Shown one piece after another: positions 42,673 through 54,781 of a stretch of 64,000 nt of DNA. Under the pieces are notes generated by a model, which was not told the DNA's origin, did no database searches, and saw only the letters and a list, made by a program, of their open reading frames with translations. The translations under genes and the position numbers were made by a program. The stretch's first letter is position 1. Each line of letters starts with the position of its first letter. The stretch comes from an uncultured delta proteobacterium (GTDB lineage: Bacteria; Myxococcota_A; Polyangia; Haliangiales; Haliangiaceae), in assembly GCA_963848295.1 (NCBI GenBank), contig CAWKDB010000010.1, forward strand, positions 224,001 to 288,000, written 5' to 3'.

Positions 42673-45600
42673 ATGAGCCCTGAGGACGATCGATCGCTCG
42701 GCGGTCCGCCGCGCAGCAAGGATCGCCGACACCTCAGTCCGAAGGGCCCCCGCTTGCGGGGGAGCAAAGCTGTGCTCGCCGCGATCCTCCTCGGCGCGGC
42801 GGTCTCCGCGGTCCATGCCCAACCGGGTGACTGGGGCGTCCATCGCGACCCGTTCGATCCGAACGTCGTGGCGCGCTACAAGGCGATGCTCGCGCGCGAT
42901 CCGCATGATGCGTCGGCGCTCGCGAATCTGTTGAAGCTGTACCGCAGCTTCCGCACGGTCGATCTGCTCGAGCAGGAGTACGGCAAGCAGATCGCCAAGA
43001 AGGCCGACGACTGGGCCGCGCTCGTCGTGCTCGGACGGTTGTTTCACGCGACCGGCGACGAGGCGCGCGCGCTCGATCTGTGGACCCACGCGGTCGCGGT
43101 CAAGGACGGCGACTCGACGACCTGGGGCCTGATCGGCGAAGCCGACCGCGGCGCGGGCAAGACCGCCGAGGCGCGGGCCGCTTACGACAAGGCGCTCGCG
43201 CACGCGACGTCGAAAGATACGAAGAAGAAGGCGTTGCGCGCGCTCGCCGACCTCGCGCTCGCGACCGGCGACAACGACGCCGCGAACAACTACTTCAAGC
43301 AGTTCCTCGCGCTCGATCCGAACAACGCGCAGCTGTGGATCGAGCGCGGCGACGCGATGCTCACGGCCGGCAAGCGCGACATCGCGCTCGACAGCTATAG
43401 CGCCGCCGAAAAGCTGCTAGGCAGCGATCCTTCGCGCCGGATCGAGATCGTGTCACGCCGGGGCCAGGCGCTCGAGGCGATGGGCAAGGACGACGAGGCG
43501 GTCGCCGAATACCGCCGCGCGATCAAGCTCGCGCCGAAAGGCTACTACCTCGAGACCGAGCTGACCGGCCGGATCATCGACATCTATCGCCGCAAGCAGG
43601 CGCTCGGCCAGCTGCTCGCCGAATACGAGAAGACGTGGCCCGAGCGCAGCCGCGGCTACTTCGAGTGGGACGTGCTCGGCAAGCTCTACGAAGAGACCGG
43701 CGCGCAAGACAAGGCGATCGCCGCGCTCAAGCACGCGGTCAGCGCGTCGCCGACCGAGCTCGACACCCAGCGCCGGCTGATCGGCCTGCTCGAGAACTCG
43801 GGTCGCGACGACGAAGCGCTCGTCCAGTACGAGACGGTCGTGCGGATCGCGCCGGGCGAAGCGCGGTTCCAGCTCGAGCTCGCCGAGCGCTACCAGCGCC
43901 GGGGCGAAGAGAAGAAGGCGCTCGAGGTGCTGGCGCGGCTCGAGGCGCGGTTCCCCGAGACGACGAACGTGCTCGCCGCGATCGCGGATCTCTACACCAA
44001 GTGGAGCAAGGACGACCTCGCGCTCGGCTTGTACGAGCGACTCGCGAAGCTCGAGCCCGATGATCCGTCGCACCTGGTCACGCTCGGCGAGCAGTACTGG
44101 CAAAAGGGCGACCACGTCAAAGCGAACGCGACCTGGACGCGGATGACGCTGACGAAGAAAGCGACCGGCTTCGCGAAGCTCGGCGAAGTGCTCGGCGAGC
44201 ACGGCGAGACGACCGATGCGCTCGCGTCGTACGGCAGGGCGATCGAGCTCGATCCGAAGAACCCCGAGCTCTACAAAGGCCGAGCCGCGGTGCTCGAGTC
44301 GAGCTCCGGCCGGCGCTACGAAGACGCGCGTCGCGATTGGGCGAAGGTGCTCGAGCTGATCGGCAACAAGCCCACCGATCGCGCGGCGCGGCGCGATGCG
44401 CGCAAGCACTACGTCGCGCTGCTCCTGCGGCTGCCCGGCGCGGCGAGCACGCAACGCGACATGTGGACCAAGGACTTCGCCGACAAGTCCGACGTCGAGG
44501 CCGGGTATTTCCTCGTCGAGCTCTACACGCACGCGGCCCAAGGCCAGCAAAAGCTCGGCGAGCCGCAGCACACGCTCGAGAAGCTCGTCACGCTGGTGCC
44601 CGACGATCAGGACGCGATCATGGACCTCGTCAAGGTCTATCGCGGTGGCCACCAGTACAAGGAGGCGGTCGCCCTGTTGTTGAAGCTCGCAGCGCTGTCC
44701 CCGACCCGCGAGCGCGACGTCTACCAGACGATCTCCGAGATCATGACGGAGGCACGCCAGGACGAAGAGGCGATCAAGTGGCAACAGAAGGCGCTCGACA
44801 AGAACCCGAGTGACCCGGGCGCCCACGAGCGGCTCGGCGAGCGATATGCCGAGATGCAGCGGTTCCCAGAGGCGATCACCGCGTACGAGCAAGCGGTCAA
44901 GCTCGATGCCCACAACACCAAGGCCGCGTTCGCGCTGTCCGAGCTGTATATCCAGAACGACCAGCCGATGAAGGCCGCGGAGCTGCTCCGCAACGTGCTG
45001 CGCACCGCGACCTCCGAGGCCGACGTCGCGCGCGCCGGCAAGCTCGCGATCGATCTCGAAGAGAACACCGGCACGCTCGGCGAGCTCGAGAAGGTGATGT
45101 CGCCGCTGTCGTTCATGATGGCGCACAAGCCGATCTATCGCCACGTGCTGGTCGAGCTCTACGCGCGCTACGTCCCGGAGCTCGTCGGTCGCGTCCACCA
45201 CGGCAACGCCGAAGTGAAGAAGGCCGCGCGCGCCGAGCTCGATCGCGTGGGCTCGCACGGCTTGCAGCCGCTGCTCGAAGCGCTGCGCGATGACAAAGAC
45301 AAAGACCAACAGAAGATCGCGGTCGACGTGCTCGGTCACCTCCACAACAAGGGGGCGGCGGAGGCGCTCGTCCACATGGCGCGGCAAGAGCCGCCGAAGG
45401 ACAACCGCCACTACGGAACGCTGACCGACAGCCCCGATCGCGAAGCGAGGATCGAAGCGCTGGTCGGCGCGGGTCGACTCGGTGACGCGAGCGTGGTCGC
45501 CGATGTCTTGCCGCTGATCGATCACCAAGAAGCGGCGATGCGCGAAGCCGCGATGTTCACGCTCGGCCGCTCCGGCGATCGCCGCGCGGTCGCGCCGCTC

Positions 45601-46749
45601 GTGCACGCGCTCGGCGACGCTCAGCCCGCGGTCCAGGCGCTCGCCTGCCTCGGGCTCGGTCAGATCGACGACCCGCGGGTCGCGCCCACGCTGATCGAGG
45701 TCGTCAAGGACAACGCGCACGGCGACCGCGTGCGCGCCGCGTGTGCGTTCGCGATCGGCAATCGCAAGCTGACCTCCGGGGTGCCGGTGCTCCTCGAAGC
45801 GCTCGCCGACAATCGCAGCGAGACCCAGCGGCTCGCCGCGTGGTCGCTCGGCCAACTCGGCGACTCCAAGGCGCTCGGTCCGCTGATCCGCGCGTATTTC
45901 TCCCGCGCCGGCAGCGCCGGTGACGAGCTCGAGTGGGCGATCGGTCGCGCGAGCGGGATCGGCACGCCGTCGGCACCAGGCGATGCGCTGGCCGAATATC
46001 CGATGCACCCGTCGGGCTACGCCGACGATCAGGCGATCGCGCTGCTCCCCGGAGTGCTGCCGCACCCGCAGCTGTCGGCGAAGCTGGTCAGCGAACATGT
46101 CGCGGACATCGGCGCCGGACTGACCCAGGCGCTCGCGTTGCATCGCGATGTCGTGGTGTCGGTGCTCGCCGATCTCGATTCCGCGCGCGACCACATCGCG
46201 CTCGGTGCGCTGACCCCGCCCGACGGCGATCCCAAGCTCGCCGCGGCGTTGTCCGCGATCGGCGACGCGATCGACACGCCGGTCTCCGCGCAGCTCGCCG
46301 CCGATGATCCGCGCGTCCGCGCGCTCGCGATCAGCGTCTATGCCAAGCTCGACACCGGCAAGCCGCGCACCGTCGCGGCGCTGCACAAGGCGCTCGGCGA
46401 TCGCGACGACCAAGTGCGGCTCGCCGCGATCGCGGCGGTCGAGATCGTCGCGAAGCGCCGAGGCGCCACGCCGCCCGAGCTCGTGGCCGGCCTGATCTCG
46501 ACGCTGCAGACCGGCTCGTGGATCGACGGCTCGGCGGCGGCGCGCACGCTCGGTCGACTCCACGCCGGGCAGGACGCGTTGATCAAGGCCGCCGGCGACC
46601 CGAAGGCGTTCGTGCGCGATGCGGTCGCCGGTGCGCTCGGCGACCTCGGCGGCACGGCGTCGGTCACGGCGCTCCGAGCCCTGATGAAGGACGGCAACGC
46701 GCAGGTTCGGGCCTCGGCGGAGCAGTCGCTCGGCCGGCTCAAGCACTGA
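42673..46749 (+). CDS. Large secreted TPR plus HEAT-repeat protein
   Basis: Hydrophobic signal ending VHA; many TPR units followed by PBS-lyase/HEAT repeats. Confidence 0.85.
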   Translation: MSPEDDRSLGGPPRSKDRRHLSPKGPRLRGSKAVLAAILLGAAVSAVHAQPGDWGVHRDPFDPNVVARYKAMLARDPHDASALANLLKLYRSFRTVDLLEQEYGKQIAKKADDWAALVVLGRLFHATGDEARALDLWTHAVAVKDGDSTTWGLIGEADRGAGKTAEARAAYDKALAHATSKDTKKKALRALADLALATGDNDAANNYFKQFLALDPNNAQLWIERGDAMLTAGKRDIALDSYSAAEKLLGSDPSRRIEIVSRRGQALEAMGKDDEAVAEYRRAIKLAPKGYYLETELTGRIIDIYRRKQALGQLLAEYEKTWPERSRGYFEWDVLGKLYEETGAQDKAIAALKHAVSASPTELDTQRRLIGLLENSGRDDEALVQYETVVRIAPGEARFQLELAERYQRRGEEKKALEVLARLEARFPETTNVLAAIADLYTKWSKDDLALGLYERLAKLEPDDPSHLVTLGEQYWQKGDHVKANATWTRMTLTKKATGFAKLGEVLGEHGETTDALASYGRAIELDPKNPELYKGRAAVLESSSGRRYEDARRDWAKVLELIGNKPTDRAARRDARKHYVALLLRLPGAASTQRDMWTKDFADKSDVEAGYFLVELYTHAAQGQQKLGEPQHTLEKLVTLVPDDQDAIMDLVKVYRGGHQYKEAVALLLKLAALSPTRERDVYQTISEIMTEARQDEEAIKWQQKALDKNPSDPGAHERLGERYAEMQRFPEAITAYEQAVKLDAHNTKAAFALSELYIQNDQPMKAAELLRNVLRTATSEADVARAGKLAIDLEENTGTLGELEKVMSPLSFMMAHKPIYRHVLVELYARYVPELVGRVHHGNAEVKKAARAELDRVGSHGLQPLLEALRDDKDKDQQKIAVDVLGHLHNKGAAEALVHMARQEPPKDNRHYGTLTDSPDREARIEALVGAGRLGDASVVADVLPLIDHQEAAMREAAMFTLGRSGDRRAVAPLVHALGDAQPAVQALACLGLGQIDDPRVAPTLIEVVKDNAHGDRVRAACAFAIGNRKLTSGVPVLLEALADNRSETQRLAAWSLGQLGDSKALGPLIRAYFSRAGSAGDELEWAIGRASGIGTPSAPGDALAEYPMHPSGYADDQAIALLPGVLPHPQLSAKLVSEHVADIGAGLTQALALHRDVVVSVLADLDSARDHIALGALTPPDGDPKLAAALSAIGDAIDTPVSAQLAADDPRVRALAISVYAKLDTGKPRTVAALHKALGDRDDQVRLAAIAAVEIVAKRRGATPPELVAGLISTLQTGSWIDGSAAARTLGRLHAGQDALIKAAGDPKAFVRDAVAGALGDLGGTASVTALRALMKDGNAQVRASAEQSLGRLKH

Positions 46750-46905
46750 CATCCAAGATCAGAAATCCGAGGTCAGAGAAACAGGGATCCGAGACGTTTC
46801 CCAGAACCTGACGATCAGAAACGCCCTAGCCGACCGGTCCAACCCGATCGACAGGTGTCCCCGTTCTTTGACGCACCGATCCGCAAAGGGGTAGAATCAC
46901 ACGCG

Positions 46906-47883
46906 ATGGATGTCGGCTTGGTGTGCGACGCGTGCAGCGCGTTGACTCCCATCGGAGTACCGCAATGCGCGCGCTGTGGCGCCGCGGTCGCACTGGATCC
47001 GCGCAACAAGCGCGCGAGCAAACCCGCGCCGATCAACGGCACCAACAACTGCCCGCGCTGCAGCATCGTCGTGCGCGCCGGTCAGAAGTTCTGCCCGAAC
47101 TGCGGCGAAAAGATGCCCGGCGCCGCTGGAGTCGCCGACCCCACCCCGGTGTCGTTCGATGTCGAGACTCGCGTCGGTCCGCGCGCGCAGGGACCGCAAG
47201 CCAAGCCCGGTCGCAATACCCTGTTCTTCGGCGGCGCCCTGCAGGCCGCGCGCGCGAAGCTGACGCTGATCCGCGGCGACGGCGAGGACGGCGTGTCGTT
47301 CACGCTCGCCGGTACCGATCACCTCGCCGGGCGCGGCGAGTGCCCGATCTCGTTTCCAGACGATCCGTTCTTGTCGCCGACCCACGCGAACTTTCGCTAC
47401 TTCAACAACCAGCTGATCGTGCGCGACGAAGGCTCGCTCAACGGCATCTTCGTGCGGATCGCAGAGCCGATGAGAATTCCATCTGGCACCACGATCCTCG
47501 TCGGTGAACAGGTGCTCACGGTCAACGCCGCGCGCGTCGCGGAAGACATCCCGGACGCCGAAGGCACGTACTTCTCGGCGAGCATGATCCGACCCTCGCG
47601 GTTCAAGATCGTGCAGCACCTGCGCGGCGGCGTGACCGGTTGGGTGTTCACGCCCGACGGCGAGACCGTGACGATCGGCCGCGAGGGCAACGACATCAAC
47701 TTTCCCGACGACCCGTTCATCTCCGGTCGCCACTCGGCGCTCCAGCTGGCCGCTGGCGTGCTAAGCGTAAGCGACATGGGGTCACGCAACGGCACGTTCG
47801 TCCGGGTCGCGGGCGAGCACACACTCAAGCACGGGGACTACGTGTTTATGGGTCAACAGCTACTTCGCGTCGAAATCGTCTGA
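46906..47883 (+). CDS. Zinc-ribbon plus two-FHA-domain protein
   Basis: Four CxxC motifs; GR...SPTH...SLNG and GR...SGRH...SRNGTF; TTGACG-N18-TAGAAT upstream. Confidence 0.88.
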   Translation: MDVGLVCDACSALTPIGVPQCARCGAAVALDPRNKRASKPAPINGTNNCPRCSIVVRAGQKFCPNCGEKMPGAAGVADPTPVSFDVETRVGPRAQGPQAKPGRNTLFFGGALQAARAKLTLIRGDGEDGVSFTLAGTDHLAGRGECPISFPDDPFLSPTHANFRYFNNQLIVRDEGSLNGIFVRIAEPMRIPSGTTILVGEQVLTVNAARVAEDIPDAEGTYFSASMIRPSRFKIVQHLRGGVTGWVFTPDGETVTIGREGNDINFPDDPFISGRHSALQLAAGVLSVSDMGSRNGTFVRVAGEHTLKHGDYVFMGQQLLRVEIV

Positions 47884-47897
47884 GCTCGGGGGCTACC

Positions 47898-49058
47898 ATG
47901 ACCGTCTGCAATCGTTGCGGTAAAGAAAACCAAGACCACTACAAGTTCTGCCTCGGTTGCGGAGCAGAGCTCGTCGCGCCCAAGCCCGGTGGCGATGTCG
48001 CGATGATGAAGACGATGATGGCCGACCCCGGTCAGCAAGCGATGGTCGGCGCGCCGCTGCGCGGTCCGAGCGCCCAGATGCCGCAACCCGGCCCGATGCC
48101 GATGCCGATGCGCAACCCGAACGCGATGCCCGGGATGCCGCCCGCTGGCCCGCTCGGCGGTCCGGGGCCTGGTCCGCAACAGCCCGCGCCGATGGGCCCG
48201 CCGCCCGGTGTCCCCGGGTTTTCTCCCGGCTTCGCGCCGCCGCAGACCGCGGTCCCGGGCCTCCGTCGTTGCCCGTCGTGCGGTAGCGATGTCCCACCGA
48301 CCTTCCGGTTCTGCGGCACGTGCGGGTTCCGCATGGACGAGACCCAGCCGAACGCCGCCCCGATGCCGGGGATGGGGATGGGCCAGCCGGCGCCCGCGAT
48401 AGGTCCCGGCATGGCGCCGCAGGCCCAGCGCTCGCGGCTATCGATGACGCTGATCCGTCCCGACGGGACCGAGGGTGGCACGCATGACCTTCGCCCCGGC
48501 GAGAACAAGCTCGGCCGCAGCTTCGGCCCGGTGTTCGAGAACGACGGCTACCTGTCGCCGGTCCACGCGATGCTCGACATCCGCGGCACGACCGGGACCG
48601 TGCGCGATCTCGACAGCTTGAACGGCGTCTTCGTCAAGATGACCGGCGAAGAGGAGCTACAGTCCGGGCAGATCATCCGGATCGGCCAGGAGCTCCTGCG
48701 CTACGAGATCATCCCGACGCCCGAGCCGACCCCGGACGGCACGGAGCTGATGGGCAGCCCGAACCCGGGCTACTGGGGCAAGCTCACGGTGATCATCGGC
48801 CGCGAGGTCACCGGCTCGGCCCACGCGCTCCTCGGCGAGAGCGTCACGCTCGGTCGCGAGCGCGGCGAGATCAACTTCCCCGACGACGGCTACGTGTCCG
48901 GTCTGCACGCGCGGGTCACGATGCGCGACGGCCGGGTGTACCTGTCGGATCTCGGCAGCTCGAACGGCACGTTCGTCAAGGTCAACGGCGAGCGCGCGAT
49001 CGGCCACGAGTCGTTCGTGCTCCTCGGACAGCAGCTGTTCCGGCTCAATCTGGCTTAG
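47898..49058 (+). CDS. Zinc-ribbon, Pro/Met-rich linker plus two-FHA-domain protein (paralog of the previous gene)
   Basis: Four CxxC motifs; GR...SPVH...SLNG and GR...SGLH...SSNGTF. Confidence 0.88.
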   Translation: MTVCNRCGKENQDHYKFCLGCGAELVAPKPGGDVAMMKTMMADPGQQAMVGAPLRGPSAQMPQPGPMPMPMRNPNAMPGMPPAGPLGGPGPGPQQPAPMGPPPGVPGFSPGFAPPQTAVPGLRRCPSCGSDVPPTFRFCGTCGFRMDETQPNAAPMPGMGMGQPAPAIGPGMAPQAQRSRLSMTLIRPDGTEGGTHDLRPGENKLGRSFGPVFENDGYLSPVHAMLDIRGTTGTVRDLDSLNGVFVKMTGEEELQSGQIIRIGQELLRYEIIPTPEPTPDGTELMGSPNPGYWGKLTVIIGREVTGSAHALLGESVTLGRERGEINFPDDGYVSGLHARVTMRDGRVYLSDLGSSNGTFVKVNGERAIGHESFVLLGQQLFRLNLA

Positions 49059-49095
49059 GCTGGCGTAACTCGCCGAGTTTCGGTACGTTTACCCC

Positions 49096-49518
49096 ATGCG
49101 TAGGCGTCTCCCCGTTGGACTTCATCTTCTGGCGCTCTCCGCGTTGGCGGTAGCGCTTGCCGCGTGCGGCAGCGGAGACAACAAGCTCAAGGTTACCGGC
49201 CTCGACCCCGAGAAGGGTGACGTGGACGGCGGCACGTATGTGCGCATCCATGGCAATGGCTTCCTCGCGAATGGCGGTCGTGGAGCGAAGGTCTACTTTG
49301 GCTCGCACCAGGGCTCGGTGATCCGGTTCGAGAGCGACAGCGAGCTGATCGTCGAGGCGCCGGGCGGCAAGCTCGGCGACACGGTCGACGTGCTCGTCAT
49401 CTTCGAGCCGGGCGGCGAGCTCAAGATCCCGCACGCCTACACGTTCATCGAGAAGCACGAGCAGGGCCCGTCGATCCAGGACCTGAATACCAGCGGCTCG
49501 GCAGCTCCGAAGAAGTAG
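49096..49518 (+). CDS. IPT/TIG-domain lipoprotein
   Basis: LAAC lipobox; LDPEKGDVDGGTYVRIHGNGF...VYFG. Confidence 0.82.
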   Translation: MRRRLPVGLHLLALSALAVALAACGSGDNKLKVTGLDPEKGDVDGGTYVRIHGNGFLANGGRGAKVYFGSHQGSVIRFESDSELIVEAPGGKLGDTVDVLVIFEPGGELKIPHAYTFIEKHEQGPSIQDLNTSGSAAPKK

Positions 49519-49524
49519 CCCCGA

Positions 49525-49631
49525 ACAACGAGGGGCCCCCGGAACGGGGCCCCGAGTTGAATTGATCGATCGGCCGTCCGGCGAAGCAAGGATGGCCGAG
49601 TCCTCACAACGAGGGGCCACCGGAACGGGGC
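49525..49631. repeat. Second locus of the REP/BIME-like family (81-bp period, opposite orientation)
   Basis: ACAACGAGGGGCC(C/A)CCGGAACGGGGC at 49525 and 49606; the interval aligns with the reverse complement of the 6551 unit. Confidence 0.85.
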
Positions 49632-49637
49632 AGGCCG

Positions 49638-51047
49638 CTACATCAGGTCGCGGCGGGCCAGCGCGCGGCGCATCTTCGCCAGTGCCTGCTCCTGGAGCTG
49701 GCGAATCCGCTCGCGCGACAGGTGATACTTGTCGCCGATCTCTTTGAGCGTGAGCTCCTGAGTTTCTCCCGCTCGCCGACCTCCGTCGGCTTCGCTGCGC
49801 TCGGGCCCGAGGCCGAAGCGCTGGCGCAGGATGTCGGCTTCGATCGGGCGAAGCTCGGCGAGCAGCTCGCGGACCTCGGTCGTCAGCGCTTCCCACTCGA
49901 GCTCGCCGGTGGGCGAGACCTCTTCCCGGTCCGGATCTTCGAGGACCTCACCGAGCACGCGGCCCTCGTCGTCGCCGACCGGCTTGTCGATCGAGACGCT
50001 CTGCTCGAGCAGCCAGCTGCGCATCTTCTCGATCTTGTCGAGCGGCATGCCGGTCTCGTGCGCGATCTCCTCGCTCGTCGGCTGGCGGCCGAGCTTGCCG
50101 GTGAGCGCGCGCCGCGCCTTGGTCAGCTTGTGCTGTGCGTCGATCATGTGGACCGGCAGGCGAACCTCGCGACCCTTGTCGGCAAGCGCGCGGCTGATCG
50201 CGTGGCGGATCCACCAGCTCGCGTAGGTCGAGAATCGGAAGCCCTTGCGATAGTCGTAGCGCTCGACCGCCTTCAACAGGCCGAGGTTGCCCTCTTGGAT
50301 CAAGTCGGCGAGCGCCATCCGGCCGTGGTTGAACCTGCGCGCGATGCTGACGACGAGCCGGAGATTCGCCTTGACGAAGTCGTTGCGTGCCGCGGCCGCC
50401 GCGCGCGTTGCCATCTCGACCCGGCGCAGCCACTCGGCCCGCTTCGTGCCGCGACCGAGCGCGGGCAACTCGCTACCGCGTACGCCGATGCCGAGCGTCA
50501 TGCGATCGATCGCGCCGAGCGCGGCGTCGATGAACAGGTGGTCCACGTCGGTCGCGCGCAGGCGACGCGCCGCACGAGCGGTCAGGCGGGTAAGCGCCTT
50601 GGCGTCGCGACCGAGCGCGATCCGGCGCAGCGCACGCGCGTCGCTCACGCTCGGCGATTGCGCGTAGTCGGGCACGCCCTCGACCGCATCGAGCACCGTG
50701 GCGATCGCGGGCGGATGCGCGAGCACGGCTTCCCATAGCATGATCTCCAAGACTTCGATCTCGCGCGCCGAGGTGAACTCCTCCTCGGGACGCAACACGT
50801 CGAGCTGCGCCATGTCGCGGAAGTACATCGACAGATAGGTGCCCTGTTCGCCCCGGCTACGCGCTTTCGCTTGGGCCTCCGGACGCTCCGGCTCGTCGCG
50901 ATCGTCGGCCTCGGCGTCGGGCTCGCGTTCCGCGGTCGGCTCGTCGGGGCGCCGCTTGCGCTGCACCGCCTTGGCGGACACGCGCGCGACGCGATTCTTA
51001 CGACTGACGGCGCGGTCCGGGGCGAGCTTGCGGGCGGTGACGGGCAT
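49638..51047 (-). CDS. Sigma70-family (RpoD/RpoS-like, probably alternative) sigma factor
   Basis: ANLRLVVSIA, DLIQEGNLGL, RFSTYASWWIR, SRERIRQ; no clear region 1.1. Confidence 0.92.
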   Translation of the reverse strand: MPVTARKLAPDRAVSRKNRVARVSAKAVQRKRRPDEPTAEREPDAEADDRDEPERPEAQAKARSRGEQGTYLSMYFRDMAQLDVLRPEEEFTSAREIEVLEIMLWEAVLAHPPAIATVLDAVEGVPDYAQSPSVSDARALRRIALGRDAKALTRLTARAARRLRATDVDHLFIDAALGAIDRMTLGIGVRGSELPALGRGTKRAEWLRRVEMATRAAAAARNDFVKANLRLVVSIARRFNHGRMALADLIQEGNLGLLKAVERYDYRKGFRFSTYASWWIRHAISRALADKGREVRLPVHMIDAQHKLTKARRALTGKLGRQPTSEEIAHETGMPLDKIEKMRSWLLEQSVSIDKPVGDDEGRVLGEVLEDPDREEVSPTGELEWEALTTEVRELLAELRPIEADILRQRFGLGPERSEADGGRRAGETQELTLKEIGDKYHLSRERIRQLQEQALAKMRRALARRDLM

Positions 51048-51265
51048 GGGAGGTCCTTTGGCGCGTTCGAAGGTCCGGAACGTGAGCGCCTAGCTTGTAG
51101 ACGCGCGACCAACGCGAATGTTTTGGTGATCGCGCCGTTCCCCGGAACTACCCCGCAGCGATGCGGCTTATTCCGTTGTCAGCGTGGCAACGGGAAAGAG
51201 AACAGGCGTTTACGACTGCGACACGCGCGGCACCGCGCGACGCCCATCGTTCGCCACGGGCGCGC

Positions 51266-53250
<1,985 letters not shown>

Positions 53251-53254
<4 letters not shown>

Positions 53255-54156
53255 CGGGCCACCACGCGCTGGAGCTCGACCCGATGCCCGAGCCGTTGTC
53301 CAAAACGCACCGTGCTGCCGGGCTCGGCCGCCAGGGCGACCGCACCGGGCTCGAACGCGAGCACGACGGTCGAGCCGAGCCGAAACGCTCCGAGCTCGTC
53401 GCCGCGCGTGGTCGAGACGTCGAGCTCGATCCGGCGACGCTCCCCCGCGGCGCGCCACGTCACCGAATCCTCGGCGTGGGCCAGCCGGATGTTTCCGACG
53501 CCGGCGGCCGCGACCATCACGACCGCGATCGTGCCGAGCGTCTTGGACGAAAGCCAGATCACGACGCGCTCGTTGCGCGCCAGCAAGCGATCGCGACGCG
53601 CCGCGATCTTGGGATTGACCGGCCACAGCGCACCGGGGACGTAGTCGTAGCCGACGAGCTGCGCGTCGACGGGCGCGTGGACGCGATGATAGTCGCGCGG
53701 CGACAGATAGATCGTCGCGTAGTCGCCACCCGCGAGCGCCGCGGCGCGGTCGTGATCGACGACGAGCTCGTCGAGCTCGTACCACCGCCCCTTCGCTTGG
53801 AGCAACGTGCCGCCCGAGGCGGTACCGCATGCCGCGACGACGCCGTCGCACGGCGAGATCACCGCAGCCGCGTCGCGCTCGACAGGGCGCAGTCCAGGGC
53901 GGAGCTTGCGCGCGAACAACTCGCCGAACGTCTCGTACGCTGCAAGCGGAAGCTCGGCTTCACCCAGGTCGGCGCCGACCGCGCGCGCGAACGCGCGATA
54001 TGCAGGCTTGCGCAGGCCAGCGGGCACCGTGGTCCGCGCGGTCAGACCTACCAACGCCGCCCATGCCGCGAACGGCCCGCCGGGCGCGGCCGATGTATTG
54101 GAATGCGGCTTGCGAAACTCCACGCGGCTCTTTGGCGTCAGGGCGTGCGCGCGCAC
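53251..54156 (-). CDS. psd: Phosphatidylserine decarboxylase (start uncertain)
   Basis: SPCDG, QAKG, YLSPRDYHRVHAP, NERV, FRLGST autocleavage motif. Confidence 0.93.
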
Positions 54157-54219
54157 CCCAGAACCGTGATTATGCCAGCCCGCGGTAGTGGTTACAAGTA
54201 GGCCTGAGGAATCAGAAAA

Positions 54220-54247
54220 CAGGGAACAGGCAACCGGCAACAGGTAA
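54220..54247. repeat. Degenerate heptamer tandem (CAGGCAA-like x4)
   Basis: CAGGGAA CAGGCAA CCGGCAA CAGGTAA. Confidence 0.7.
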
Positions 54248-54332
54248 CCCGAGCCGATCGTGGACGTGGATGTTGTGCTTGTTGACGTAGTGTCTTAGCT
54301 CGGTCGGGCTCATGTGCGGGCTCTCCTCGGCC

Positions 54333-54719
<387 letters not shown>

Positions 54720-54781
54720 TTAGCCCACCTATTGTTTCGTGGGGGTTTCGCGTCGGGAAAAAGCGCGCGAGGTGCTCGCCG

